This document shows positions 1-8,221 of a stretch of 32,000 nt of DNA, piece after piece. Under the pieces are notes generated by a model. It worked only from the letters and a program-made list of their open reading frames with translations, was not told the DNA's origin and ran no database searches. The stretch comes from Idiomarina loihiensis L2TR (GTDB taxonomy: Bacteria; Pseudomonadota; Gammaproteobacteria; Enterobacterales; Alteromonadaceae): assembly GCF_000008465.1 (NCBI RefSeq), contig NC_006512.1, positions 780,001 to 812,000 on the forward strand, read 5' to 3'. The number at the start of each line of letters is the position of its first letter. The stretch's first letter is position 1. Both the position numbers and the translations under genes were made by a program.

Positions 1-782
1 ATAGAACGCAGGTCTTTTACGGTTTTGTAGATATTGTCACTGGTTAAAGCAATGTGCTGAATACCTTCGCCTTTGTACTCTTTTAAGTACTCTTCAATTT
101 GCGATTTGTCATCGTGAGATTCATTAATTGGAATACGGATCTTACCGCAAGGTGCTGTCATCGCTCGGCTTAACAGGCCTGTCAGTTTGCCTTCAATATC
201 AAAGTAACGAATTTCACGGAAGTTACCAATGCGCTCATAGAAGCCAGCCCAGGTATCCATGTTGCCGCGGAATACGTTGTGCGTCAGGTGGTCAATTTCA
301 AACAGACCAGCGGCGTGCCCGCTCATTTTCGCTTCCCAGTTTTCATAGAAGTCGAAATGCTGCTTATAAATTTCATGGTTTTCGTAGTTGTCGACAAAAT
401 ACAACGCACTTTCGCCAATACCGAACACTGCCGGAACACCTTCAACAACGCCTTTATCAGCAGGGAATGCTTTAGCACCGTTATCAAGTGAATGCTTTAA
501 CGCATGCTCAGCGTCTTCCACACGCCATGCCATACCACAGACACTCGGACCATGGTCTTTCGCAAACTCTTCAGCCTGCCCACCCGGTTCAGCGTTAATA
601 ATGAAATTAATGTCGTTCTGCTTGTACAACCAGGCCTGCTTGCTCTTGTGCTTAGCCACTTCAGTGAAACCCAGTTTATCGAACAAATCTTTTAACGCAT
701 CAATGCCTTTCTCGTCCGGAGCGGTATACTCAACGAACTCAAAACCGTCTGTATTTAACGGATTAATCATTTTATCTGTCAT
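1..782 (-). CDS. hppD: 4-hydroxyphenylpyruvate dioxygenase, first ~260 codons; the 3' end runs off the left edge
   Basis: Absent from the ORF track because it is truncated. My translation of the minus strand from the ATG at 782-780 gives MTDKMINPLNTDGFEFVEYTAPDEKGIDALKDLFDKLGFTEVAKHKSKQAWLYKQNDINFIINAEPGGQAEEFAKDHGPSVCGMAWRVEDAEHA...IPINESHDDKSQIEEYLKEYKGEGIQHIALTSDNIYKTVKDLRS. This is colinear with bacterial HppD. A GAGGAAG Shine-Dalgarno ends 5 nt before the ATG (spacer TAACC). A second in-frame ATG lies at 770. Confidence 0.9.
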   Translation of the reverse strand, partial: MTDKMINPLNTDGFEFVEYTAPDEKGIDALKDLFDKLGFTEVAKHKSKQAWLYKQNDINFIINAEPGGQAEEFAKDHGPSVCGMAWRVEDAEHALKHSLDNGAKAFPADKGVVEGVPAVFGIGESALYFVDNYENHEIYKQHFDFYENWEAKMSGHAAGLFEIDHLTHNVFRGNMDTWAGFYERIGNFREIRYFDIEGKLTGLLSRAMTAPCGKIRIPINESHDDKSQIEEYLKEYKGEGIQHIALTSDNIYKTVKDLRS

Positions 783-891
783 GGTTACTTCCTCTTATTA
801 TTCGGTTGTTAACACCATGACTGTAGCGGTAGTTGTGGGGAAAAGGCGAATAAGAGGAGAAGATAGCAAATTGCTGAAGTTAAGGTTAAAA

Positions 892-909
892 CGTAAAGTT
901 TAATGTACA
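892..909 (-). promoter_or_regulatory. TyrR-box-like palindrome upstream of hppD
   Basis: CGTAAA-gtttaa-TGTACA against the consensus TGTAAA-N6-TTTACA. Each half matches 5/6, and the symmetric G and C are present. It lies 110-127 nt upstream of the hppD ATG. Confidence 0.5.
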
Positions 910-951
910 GGCTGAACACTTGCTCTGGATCAAGGTACAGCCTGTTTAACT

Positions 952-969
952 TGTAAAGCTTTTGTTACA
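952..969 (-). promoter_or_regulatory. TyrR-box-like palindrome between the tyrR stop and hppD
   Basis: TGTAAA-gctttt-GTTACA, matching 6/6 and 5/6 of the TyrR box consensus. Its centre is 60 bp from the centre of the 892-909 box. Confidence 0.55.
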
Positions 970-972
970 AGA

Positions 973-2553
973 CTACTTTTTTGTCTGTTCTGCTTTACGG
1001 GCGCGACCACTGCGTTGCTTACCAATGCCATAATCGCGTAATTTATTAGCCACTGCGGTATGGGAAAGCCCTAAACGTTTTGCCAGTTGCCTTGTACTGG
1101 GGAAACTCGGATACAAACGGCGTAGTACGTGGCTTTCAAAACGGCGAACTGCATCGTCCAGGCTCATATCGTCAATATCCAGTGCTAGCTGGTCATCTTC
1201 CTGATTCAACTCAGGCAAACGGATATCCGCGGGCTCCAGCGTATAACCTTCTATCATTGAAACCGAACGAAACATAGTGTTCTCCAGCTGGCGCACGTTG
1301 CCCGGCCACTGGTAACGCTTGAGCCGCTCTTTCGCCGCCCGGCTTAAACTTACCTGACTGCGCCCGAGCTTCTTACAAGCCTGAGTCACAAAATGCTCTG
1401 CCAACAATAAAATATCGCTTTTGCGTTCACGCAGCGGCGGAACATTCAGTGCCAGGACGTTTAGCCGATAATACAAGTCTTCGCGAAATTCGCCGTTTTC
1501 AACGAGTTCGTATAGGTTACCCTGGGCTGTGCAAATAACTCGCACGTCTACGCTCACTTCCTGCTCTTCGCCAATGCGGCGAAACACACCGTCTTCTAAA
1601 AAGCGTAGTAATTTTGCCTGCAGGCCAATAGACATTTCACTGACTGAGTCCAGTAATACTGTGCCCCCGGCAGATTGTTCCAGGACCCCGGTTTTACGAG
1701 TGCTCTGGCTACTTATGCTGCCTTCGCCATGACCAAACAGTTCGCTCTCAGCAACATTGTCCGGTAGTGCCGCACAATTTATGGCTAAAAAGGGTTTATC
1801 CTGACGCTGGCTGGCTAAATGACAGGCTTTTGCCAACAGCTCTTTACCAACACCCGTTTCACCTTCGATTAACAGCGGCGCGTCAAGCTCTGCCATACGC
1901 TGAGCATCTTTAATCACGCGCTTCATAGTGCTGTTATCGGTCAACAGACGTTCAAAGGCTTTCTCATTAGTCTGACTCTGCCAGGTTGCTGTTACGGGCT
2001 CTGACTTACAAGTCATTACCGCACCGGCAAACGCCGTACTGCCTTCTTCGTCGTTAACCCAGATAGGAAGTAATTGAGCGTAGTACTCTGAATTGCCTAT
2101 GGTCACGGCCTCGTAAATAGGGTCACGGGGCTTTTTATCCAGCCAGCGTTGTAGCGAGATACCATGCACATACTGCATCAGCGGCTCACCTTTAAGGCTG
2201 TCTTCCTGACCCGCTAATAAACGTAAACCGGCGTCATTGATAATGTCGATATGACCTTTACTATCAATAGAAAGAACCGGATCCGGCAAGGTACTTAACA
2301 GCAAACTAAATTCATAATGCTCGCGTTCAAACGGCATGTAAGGAATGGTTTTTACGTCAATAATATTGGGAATGCGACGAATCTGAGGCATCAAATGCCG
2401 AAAATCATCGAAGGCTAATTCAGGAAAATTTAGGAAGATTTTTCCTTTAGGATCGACTTCAATGCCACGTAAATCAATTTCGTGGTCTCGCAAAATTTGC
2501 AGAACATCCTGACAGATACCCAGACGGTCATCACAAGTTATCTCAAGTCGCAT
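973..2553 (-). CDS. tyrR: TyrR/PhhR-family aromatic amino acid transcriptional regulator
   Basis: 526 aa. The N-terminus MRLEITCDDRLGI...IDLRGIEVDPKGKIFLNF is colinear with the E. coli TyrR ACT domain. It has an AAA+ Walker A (GETGVGKE). The GAFTGA loop is absent (FGHGEGSISSQ), as in TyrR. The C-terminal HTH is STRQLAKRLGLSHTAVANKLRDYGI. Confidence 0.93.
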   Translation of the reverse strand: MRLEITCDDRLGICQDVLQILRDHEIDLRGIEVDPKGKIFLNFPELAFDDFRHLMPQIRRIPNIIDVKTIPYMPFEREHYEFSLLLSTLPDPVLSIDSKGHIDIINDAGLRLLAGQEDSLKGEPLMQYVHGISLQRWLDKKPRDPIYEAVTIGNSEYYAQLLPIWVNDEEGSTAFAGAVMTCKSEPVTATWQSQTNEKAFERLLTDNSTMKRVIKDAQRMAELDAPLLIEGETGVGKELLAKACHLASQRQDKPFLAINCAALPDNVAESELFGHGEGSISSQSTRKTGVLEQSAGGTVLLDSVSEMSIGLQAKLLRFLEDGVFRRIGEEQEVSVDVRVICTAQGNLYELVENGEFREDLYYRLNVLALNVPPLRERKSDILLLAEHFVTQACKKLGRSQVSLSRAAKERLKRYQWPGNVRQLENTMFRSVSMIEGYTLEPADIRLPELNQEDDQLALDIDDMSLDDAVRRFESHVLRRLYPSFPSTRQLAKRLGLSHTAVANKLRDYGIGKQRSGRARKAEQTKK

Positions 2554-2576
2554 AAACCCTACTGCATTGAACTAAA

Positions 2577-2594
2577 TGTAAAGCAAATAATACA
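2577..2594 (-). promoter_or_regulatory. TyrR-box-like site in the tyrR promoter region (possible autoregulation)
   Basis: TGTAAA-gcaaat-AATACA, matching 6/6 and 4/6. It lies 24-41 nt upstream of the tyrR ATG. Confidence 0.4.
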
Positions 2595-2609
2595 CTATTG
2601 TTCCCGCTT

Positions 2610-2643
2610 AAAAAACAAAAACCCCGGCCAATAGACCGGGGTT
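2610..2643 (-). terminator. Rho-independent terminator downstream of phhB
   Basis: The minus strand reads CCCCGG-tctattgg-CCGGGG followed by TTTTTGTTTTTT. The GC stem occupies 2622-2627 and 2636-2641. Confidence 0.85.
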
Positions 2644-2668
2644 CCATGCAGTTCATCGACAAAGCTGG

Positions 2669-3010
2669 CTAAGCGTCAACTACACTGTCGGTTTTTGCCG
2701 CCATAATAAAGTCATTTTTATGCAAACCGTTAATAGCGTGGGTCCACCAGGTAACCGTTACTTTGCCCCATTCAGTCACCAGCTCAGGGTGATGTTTTTC
2801 TTCCTCAGCAAGGTCACCTACTCGGTTAGTAAAAGCCAGCGCCTGCTTAAAGTTTTTAAACTTAAATTCGCGCTGCAACATCATAACGTTGTCGTTTGTT
2901 ACCGGCGTCCAGTCAGGTATCTCACGCATCAGCTCTTTCAGCTCTTCATCGCTGACTTGTGGCGCGTCTGCATGACACGCTTCGCAACGTGCATTTTCCA
3001 AGTTTGACAT
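2669..3010 (-). CDS. phhB: Pterin-4-alpha-carbinolamine dehydratase
   Basis: 113 aa of the PCD/DCoH family, with the EEEKHHPEL...VTWWTH motif region. It sits 19 nt downstream of phhA and has an AAGGAG Shine-Dalgarno. Confidence 0.92.
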   Translation of the reverse strand: MSNLENARCEACHADAPQVSDEELKELMREIPDWTPVTNDNVMMLQREFKFKNFKQALAFTNRVGDLAEEEKHHPELVTEWGKVTVTWWTHAINGLHKNDFIMAAKTDSVVDA

Positions 3011-3029
3011 TCTTTAATACTCCTTTGCC

Positions 3030-3824
3030 TTAAGCTGCATCTTTTGGTGGAAATTTTGGTTCAAACAACCCTAGCTCCATAGCTTCATGAACCAGCGACA
3101 TGATATCCATATCGGATATCTTAAACAGCTCGTCCACACTCTCTATGGTGTAGTAGATAGGTTGAATAATATCAATTCGGTACGGTGTACGTAGCGCATC
3201 TAACGCTTTCAGTGGTTTGCGCTCTGGCGTATCGCTGTTAACGGCGTATTCCGTTTCAGCCGGAGACGATAAAATACCGCCACCATAAATTCGGATACCC
3301 TCTTCGGTTTTCAATAACCCGAACTCTACGGTAAACCAGTACAGGCGAGCCAGATAGACCCGTTCTTTGGGTGTGGCTGCATAACCCAATTTACCGTATT
3401 GGTGAGTAAAATGCGCAAACGCCGGGTTGGTTAATAGTGGGCAGTGTCCGAATATTTCGTGAAAAATATCAGGTTCCTGCAAGTAATCAAACTCTTCCCG
3501 TGTGCGAATAAAGGTTGCTACCGGAAACTGCTTGTTTGCCAGTAGGCGAAAAAACTCGTCAAATGGAATTAACGCTGGAACTGCTGCAACTTGCCAGCCT
3601 GTCTCTCTCTCCAGCACATTATTAATTTCATGCATTTGTGGCAAGCGATCCTTCGGCAAGTCGAGTAACTCCAGTCCCTTCATATACTCATCGCAAGCTT
3701 TACCCGGTATGCATTCCAACTGACGTTCGACCAAATCCTTCCAGACCTGATTTTCTTCGTCACTCCACTGAATAATACCGTTTTCATCCGGTTGCCTTGA
3801 TACGTATTGACTTTGTTTACCCAT
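3030..3824 (-). CDS. phhA: Phenylalanine 4-hydroxylase
   Basis: 264 aa, the length of the bacterial single-domain aromatic amino acid hydroxylase. The iron-ligand region is HEIFGHCPLL...EFGL. It is paired with phhB. Confidence 0.93.
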   Translation of the reverse strand: MGKQSQYVSRQPDENGIIQWSDEENQVWKDLVERQLECIPGKACDEYMKGLELLDLPKDRLPQMHEINNVLERETGWQVAAVPALIPFDEFFRLLANKQFPVATFIRTREEFDYLQEPDIFHEIFGHCPLLTNPAFAHFTHQYGKLGYAATPKERVYLARLYWFTVEFGLLKTEEGIRIYGGGILSSPAETEYAVNSDTPERKPLKALDALRTPYRIDIIQPIYYTIESVDELFKISDMDIMSLVHEAMELGLFEPKFPPKDAA

Positions 3825-3893
3825 AATTCAGCCTTGTTGCTTCCTCATTAATGTTTGATCGTTTTTGTTATTATTAGTTCATCTTTCGCAGAA

Positions 3894-5120
3894 TTACGCG
3901 GACTTCTGCCACTGCACACGGCAGGCCTCCAGCGCCTGTTCAAGATCCGCAATAATATCGTCTGCTGCTTCTAAGCCTACCGCAATTCGGATCAATGTAT
4001 CCGAAATCCCCGCCTTAAGACGAGCCTCCGGCGTATACGGGGAATGCGTCATTGACGCCGGGTGCTGAATGAGAGTTTCAGCATCGCCCAGACTCACTGC
4101 CAGAGCTATCATCCGCAATTGATTCAGAAAGTAACGTGCTTTCGCTTCATCGCCTTCCAGTTCAAAAGCAATAACCGCCCCGTTACGGCTCATCTGTTTA
4201 CCCATTAAAGCTTGTGCCTCGTGGTCAGGAGCTCCGGGGTAGTAAATCTTTTTTATATCCTGCCGCGCGGCCAGAAAATCGTAAACCGCATCGGCGTTTT
4301 CACAGTGGCGCTGCATGCGCACATCCAGGGTTTTCAGACCACGCAGTATAAGCCAGGCGTCATGTGGACTGATGGTGGCGCCCATATCCTTTAAGGTTGT
4401 ACTTTTAATGGTGTTAATATCGTCGTCACTGCCACAAATAATGCCGGCGACCACGTCACCATGACCATTGAGGAACTTAGTTGCACTGTGCACAACAATA
4501 TCGGCACCATGTCGTTTGGGCTGCTGCATCAGTGGCGTCATAAAGGTATTATCCACCACCAGACGAATATCTGAGTCAGCAATTACCGCATGAACTTTTT
4601 CGATATCAACCACTTTCAGGTGCGGGTTAGCCGGGGTTTCCAGAAAAACTAAGCGGGTATTCTCACGCAGGGTTTCTTTCAACAGGCCTTCGTTGTTTAA
4701 ATCAATAAAGTCAGCTTCGACGCCGAAGCGCTCAAACAACTCACTGAACAATGCAAAACTGCAACCGTAAATGGCATCTGATACCACAATATGATCACCG
4801 CTGCGCACAAAAGCCATAGTAGCAGCCGCAATAGCACCCATCCCGGTCGCTGCCGCAGCAGCAGCTTCATAACCTTCAAGCGACGCCATCCGGCGCTCCA
4901 GTTCTGCTGTTGTCGGGTTACCTAAACGGCTGTAAATATAGCCTTCTTCCTCGCCGGCAAAGCGGCGAGTGCCCTGCTCCGCAGAAGAAAACCGAAAAGT
5001 CGAGGTCTGATAAAGTGGCGCGGTTAACGCGCCATGAGGGTCATCATGCGCGGCTCCGGCATGAATTACCTGAGTCGCTGGCTGCCATTTATTATTATGT
5101 GGTTTTAAATCAGAAGACAT
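3894..5120 (-). CDS. PLP-dependent Cys/Met-metabolism enzyme, most like methionine gamma-lyase
   Basis: It carries the PLP-lysine motif HSATKFLNGHGD, the YGC motif typical of methionine gamma-lyases, and HPASMTHS near the C-terminus. It is colinear with Pseudomonas MGL as I recall that sequence. I prefer the ATG at 5120 (MSSDLK...) to the TTG at 5159 used by the ORF track. The start is uncertain. Confidence 0.8.
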   Translation of the reverse strand: MSSDLKPHNNKWQPATQVIHAGAAHDDPHGALTAPLYQTSTFRFSSAEQGTRRFAGEEEGYIYSRLGNPTTAELERRMASLEGYEAAAAAATGMGAIAAATMAFVRSGDHIVVSDAIYGCSFALFSELFERFGVEADFIDLNNEGLLKETLRENTRLVFLETPANPHLKVVDIEKVHAVIADSDIRLVVDNTFMTPLMQQPKRHGADIVVHSATKFLNGHGDVVAGIICGSDDDINTIKSTTLKDMGATISPHDAWLILRGLKTLDVRMQRHCENADAVYDFLAARQDIKKIYYPGAPDHEAQALMGKQMSRNGAVIAFELEGDEAKARYFLNQLRMIALAVSLGDAETLIQHPASMTHSPYTPEARLKAGISDTLIRIAVGLEAADDIIADLEQALEACRVQWQKSA

Positions 5121-5220
5121 GCGTTTTGGCTCGTTTGTCAGAAATTTGTTAACGAGCAACAGAGTGCAACGAGCTTACCTTAGTTGGCAATCTTTGCGCT
5201 GTGTCAAACCTATAAACAAC

Positions 5221-5238
5221 TGTAACGCTAGTTTTCCA
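5221..5238 (-). promoter_or_regulatory. Weak TyrR-box-like site upstream of the mgl-phhAB block
   Basis: TGTAAC-gctagt-TTTCCA. Each half matches 5/6 and the symmetric G/C are kept. It overlaps the ycjF stop codon and lies about 100 nt upstream of the 5120 ATG. Confidence 0.35.
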
Positions 5239-6217
5239 CTTTCTGCTCAGATGTGGCTGTAGCCTTTGCCTGACGCGATTTATAAATAAAAGGTAAAACG
5301 CTCTTTAGCTGGCTTAGTAAGTCTTTTTGCAGTTTTAAATAGCCCGGCTTTTTAACCTTTTCGAACGGCATAGGTCGGCATAATTCAATCACTTGGTAGC
5401 CCAGTCTGGCGGTGAGCAAACCGGCTCCTAAACCTTGTCCGGCCCGGGTTGATAAACGCGTTAATAGTTCAGCGCTAACCCACTGAGCACCTAAATCAAC
5501 CGCAACTTCGCTTAGCCCTGCGTAAACAATATTGGCAAACACCTGACGCCATAAGCGAACTCTGGCCCAATACCCCAGTTTTACGCCGTACAACTCGGCA
5601 ATACGCGATATCATGCGCTGGTTACGCCACATAACGATAAGCATATCCAACAAGGCGAAGGGGCTCACTGCCACCATGGCGGCGGCTTCTGCCGACCAGC
5701 GACTTGTAATACGGGTAGCCTGCTGGTCTATACGGCTTAAGACATCCACTTCAAAACGTTCACGTTCTTCATCCACGGACCAATACGGTTGTTTGATTTG
5801 CTGCCAGCGGTGTTCTAAATCCGGATGCTGCAGAAGCTGCAACTGTTGCTCCGGTTTGGGATCGTCAGACTGTTTTTTCCAGCGCCGTTTCAACTTTTGC
5901 AGCAACCAGATTTCGCGCACCATAAAGCTCAATAATGCCAACGCTATAACGCCAAAACCAACCGCCCACAAACTGCCTAAAAATATGTTTTGTTGAAAAC
6001 GCTCAATAACCATCAATACCGATTCAATAACGGCGGCAGTTAAAGCAACCACTAAACCCAGTGCCAGCCACTTACCCCAGCGACCAGGCTTGGCGTTCGC
6101 AGCTGCTTGTGCGGCTCCCGATTCATATCCGGCTTGTTCAGGAGTATTATCGATATCAGAAACTTCAACTGCCGGTTCATCCACCGAATAGTAAGTTAAC
6201 TTGCGCGGATCACTCAT
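5228..6217 (-). CDS. ycjF: YcjF-family (UPF0283) inner-membrane protein
   Basis: 329 aa. Two adjacent hydrophobic helices (LALGLVVALTAAVIESVLMVI and LWAVGFGVIALALLSFMV) precede a soluble C-terminal domain. Its ATG overlaps the ycjX stop (ATGA at 6214-6217), the same pairing as E. coli ycjX-ycjF. Confidence 0.85.
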   Translation of the reverse strand: MSDPRKLTYYSVDEPAVEVSDIDNTPEQAGYESGAAQAAANAKPGRWGKWLALGLVVALTAAVIESVLMVIERFQQNIFLGSLWAVGFGVIALALLSFMVREIWLLQKLKRRWKKQSDDPKPEQQLQLLQHPDLEHRWQQIKQPYWSVDEERERFEVDVLSRIDQQATRITSRWSAEAAAMVAVSPFALLDMLIVMWRNQRMISRIAELYGVKLGYWARVRLWRQVFANIVYAGLSEVAVDLGAQWVSAELLTRLSTRAGQGLGAGLLTARLGYQVIELCRPMPFEKVKKPGYLKLQKDLLSQLKSVLPFIYKSRQAKATATSEQKVEN

Positions 6218-7587
6218 TTGAGTTTATCTCCCAGAACGTATTCAAGTAGCTGATCCAGCCGGATATGCGGCAGAGGTGAATTCTGCGCAGTGAAGCCGGG
6301 ATAAAACTGCGGATAAATATAGCCTTGTTGCCAGTCTGCAGCCGTTGGTATGGCTTTAGGTACCTCTGGTGCACCCACCCGCACAAACTCACGGCTCTCA
6401 TTAATACCGTCCAGAACTGTCGTGCCGTTACTTAATTTCTTAATTTGACTGGTGGCAATACCCGCAACGCTAAATACCTGGTGCGGTATTTGATCAAACT
6501 GCAGCTCCTGACGCTGCTTCTGCGTCATAACACGCAGTAAATCCGTCAGTTTTTGATGGTCTTGCGGAGCAATGCTGTCGGCTTTTGTTGCAACCAGCGC
6601 AACTTTATCAATAACCGGCGACATCAACCGCTTAAGCAAACTGTTACTGCCATATGAAAAGCTCTTCATCAGTTCATTTATTGCCAACTGTAATTCAGCA
6701 AAATGATGCTCACCATTCTGCAACGCCTGCAGGACATCAACTAACACAACCTGCCGATTAAAGTGCTTAAAGTATTTTTGATAAAACGGAGTCACCACAT
6801 GCTGCTGATAGTAACGGTATTTCTCCCGCAAGCGTTTCGCCCAGGCATCGGGTATTGGCTGTGACAACGGCCAGGGGAAAAACTCCAGCGCCGGAGCTCC
6901 CTCAAGCTCTCCAGGTAATACCATTCTTCCGGGTTGCAACAATAATAATTTTTGCTCCCGGCACTGGCGTAAAAAAGAGCGATACCCCGATGCCAGTTCA
7001 CGTATCTGCTGCTCAGGTTTATCCTCTGACGCGGCGTTTGCAGCTGTCTGCACCTTAATCAACCAGCTCTCTGCCAGTTTATGTCGTAACTCAGCTTTCA
7101 GTAAGCGCTGCTGTTGCTGGCTCCACTCGTCATAGCTCAGTTTTAGTAGCGGCAAATCCAGCAGCCATTCGCCCGGATAGTCAATTAAATCCAGGGTTAA
7201 CCGACGAGTGTCGAGCACTCGCCCGGCTAAGCCTCGATGCGGCTTATACTTTATTTCGACACGTATTTCACTCACATCGCGTGTCGACTGTGGCCACCGG
7301 GGCACATCTGTGGTTAAACAGTCTATTGCCCCTTCGTAGTCAAAACGCGAGACTTGCCAGTTACTACTGGTGTGCAAACGACAGCCATTAAGACGCTGTT
7401 GTTGCTTCACCTTAAAATAAGGCAATTGCTGCGTTTCATTCGCATATAATAGCTGCTCAAGTAAACCGGTGATTAACGCGGTTTTTCCCGCTCCGCTTAA
7501 CCCCGTTACAGCCAGACGTATATGACGATCAAACCCGCGATGAATAACGTCGCGGGTTTGGTGTTGTAGCTTTTGAAAACGGCTCAC
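6214..7587 (-). CDS. ycjX: YcjX-family P-loop NTPase
   Basis: 457 aa with Walker A GLSGAGKT and a LIDYPGEW switch-like motif. Its GTG start overlaps the pspC stop (GTGA at 7584-7587). Confidence 0.88.
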   Translation of the reverse strand: MSRFQKLQHQTRDVIHRGFDRHIRLAVTGLSGAGKTALITGLLEQLLYANETQQLPYFKVKQQQRLNGCRLHTSSNWQVSRFDYEGAIDCLTTDVPRWPQSTRDVSEIRVEIKYKPHRGLAGRVLDTRRLTLDLIDYPGEWLLDLPLLKLSYDEWSQQQQRLLKAELRHKLAESWLIKVQTAANAASEDKPEQQIRELASGYRSFLRQCREQKLLLLQPGRMVLPGELEGAPALEFFPWPLSQPIPDAWAKRLREKYRYYQQHVVTPFYQKYFKHFNRQVVLVDVLQALQNGEHHFAELQLAINELMKSFSYGSNSLLKRLMSPVIDKVALVATKADSIAPQDHQKLTDLLRVMTQKQRQELQFDQIPHQVFSVAGIATSQIKKLSNGTTVLDGINESREFVRVGAPEVPKAIPTAADWQQGYIYPQFYPGFTAQNSPLPHIRLDQLLEYVLGDKLK

Positions 7588-7967
7588 AGACGATTAAATT
7601 CTCGTTGAAGATTATAGTGACTTGAGGTTACGTACTTTTCCATTGATTGCAACTGTTGCTCCAGTTCATCAAACTCTCGCTTTATATCGCGAAAAGCTTC
7701 ACGCGGCGGTTCTCCGCCCTGCCAGACCTTAGTCTTTACATCAACATTATGACGCTCAGTATTCGGTAGCTTTTTATCCAGAATTAACCAACCGGCGATA
7801 TAAAGTACAAAGAAAGAGCCGTTAGTAAAAATCACTCCAGTAACAAAGGCCACTCGTATTAGCCAGGGTTCCAGGTTCAGGTAATCTGCAATACCAGCAC
7901 AAACACCTGCAATTTTTCCTCGCTCTGAGTCACGACGCAGTTCTCGTTTGGGTCTTCTCTCGCTCAT
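7584..7967 (-). CDS. pspC: Phage shock protein C
   Basis: 127 aa with a PspC domain (GKIAGVCAGIADYLNLEPWLIRVAF), one TM helix and a C-terminal leucine-zipper-like region (LEQQLQSMEKYVTS). It is colinear with E. coli PspC. Confidence 0.9.
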   Translation of the reverse strand: MSERRPKRELRRDSERGKIAGVCAGIADYLNLEPWLIRVAFVTGVIFTNGSFFVLYIAGWLILDKKLPNTERHNVDVKTKVWQGGEPPREAFRDIKREFDELEQQLQSMEKYVTSSHYNLQREFNRL

Positions 7968-8206
7968 TGTCTGTCCCTCCAGCCCGGAGCGTCAGCATCC
8001 AGAATACGTTCCAGTGTCTGTACACGCTCACGGATGCGTTTTGCCTGATTCGCCAGTAACGCTAAAGATTCCCTTTCTTCCTCGTTCAATCCCTGATTCA
8101 TTTGTCGTTTACTGCGGTAATGAAGGATGATCCAGATAGGCGCGACTATAATGACAAACAAAATAATCGGCGCCATCAACATCCCTAGTATTGCTTCAAT
8201 ATCCAT
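7964..8206 (-). CDS. pspB: Phage shock protein B
   Basis: 80 aa with a single N-terminal TM helix. The C-terminus RIRERVQTLERILDADAPGWRDRQ matches E. coli RMRERIQALESILDAEHPNWRDR. There is an ATGA overlap with pspC. Confidence 0.9.
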   Translation of the reverse strand: MDIEAILGMLMAPIILFVIIVAPIWIILHYRSKRQMNQGLNEEERESLALLANQAKRIRERVQTLERILDADAPGWRDRQ

Positions 8207-8221
8207 TTTTTTAAGCCTGTT

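Noticed and set aside
128-903. Plus-strand ORFs 128-475, 279-491, 388-903 and 504-695
   Set aside because: All are antisense to the truncated hppD gene, whose minus-strand translation is a clear HppD match. They are low-complexity shadow ORFs with no Shine-Dalgarno or recognisable domains.
907-945. 8-bp inverted repeat ACAGGCTG...CAGCCTGT downstream of tyrR, considered as a tyrR terminator
   Set aside because: The loop is 23 nt, there is no proper T-tract on the minus strand, and the repeat overlaps a TyrR-box-like site. I cannot call it a terminator.
1700-1760. TyrR-like AAA+ regulator lacks the GAFTGA sigma54-contact loop
   Set aside because: This is characteristic of genuine TyrR proteins, which act on sigma70 promoters. 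It is not a degenerate pseudogene.
5121-5159. TTG start at 5159 for the MGL-like gene, and a 7-bp hairpin GCTCGTT...AACGAGC (5129-5157) with a repeated AACGAGC at 5169-5175
   Set aside because: The downstream ATG at 5120 gives a typical MGL N-terminus. The hairpin has no T-tract, so it is not a convincing ycjF terminator, and the repeat is too short to interpret.
5613-5996. Cys-rich 127-aa plus-strand ORF (CCQRCSKSGCCRSCNCCSG) that looks like a metal-binding peptide
   Set aside because: It is antisense to the Q/L-rich part of ycjF, so the Cys run is a by-product of CAG/CTG-rich codons on the other strand. It has no Shine-Dalgarno.
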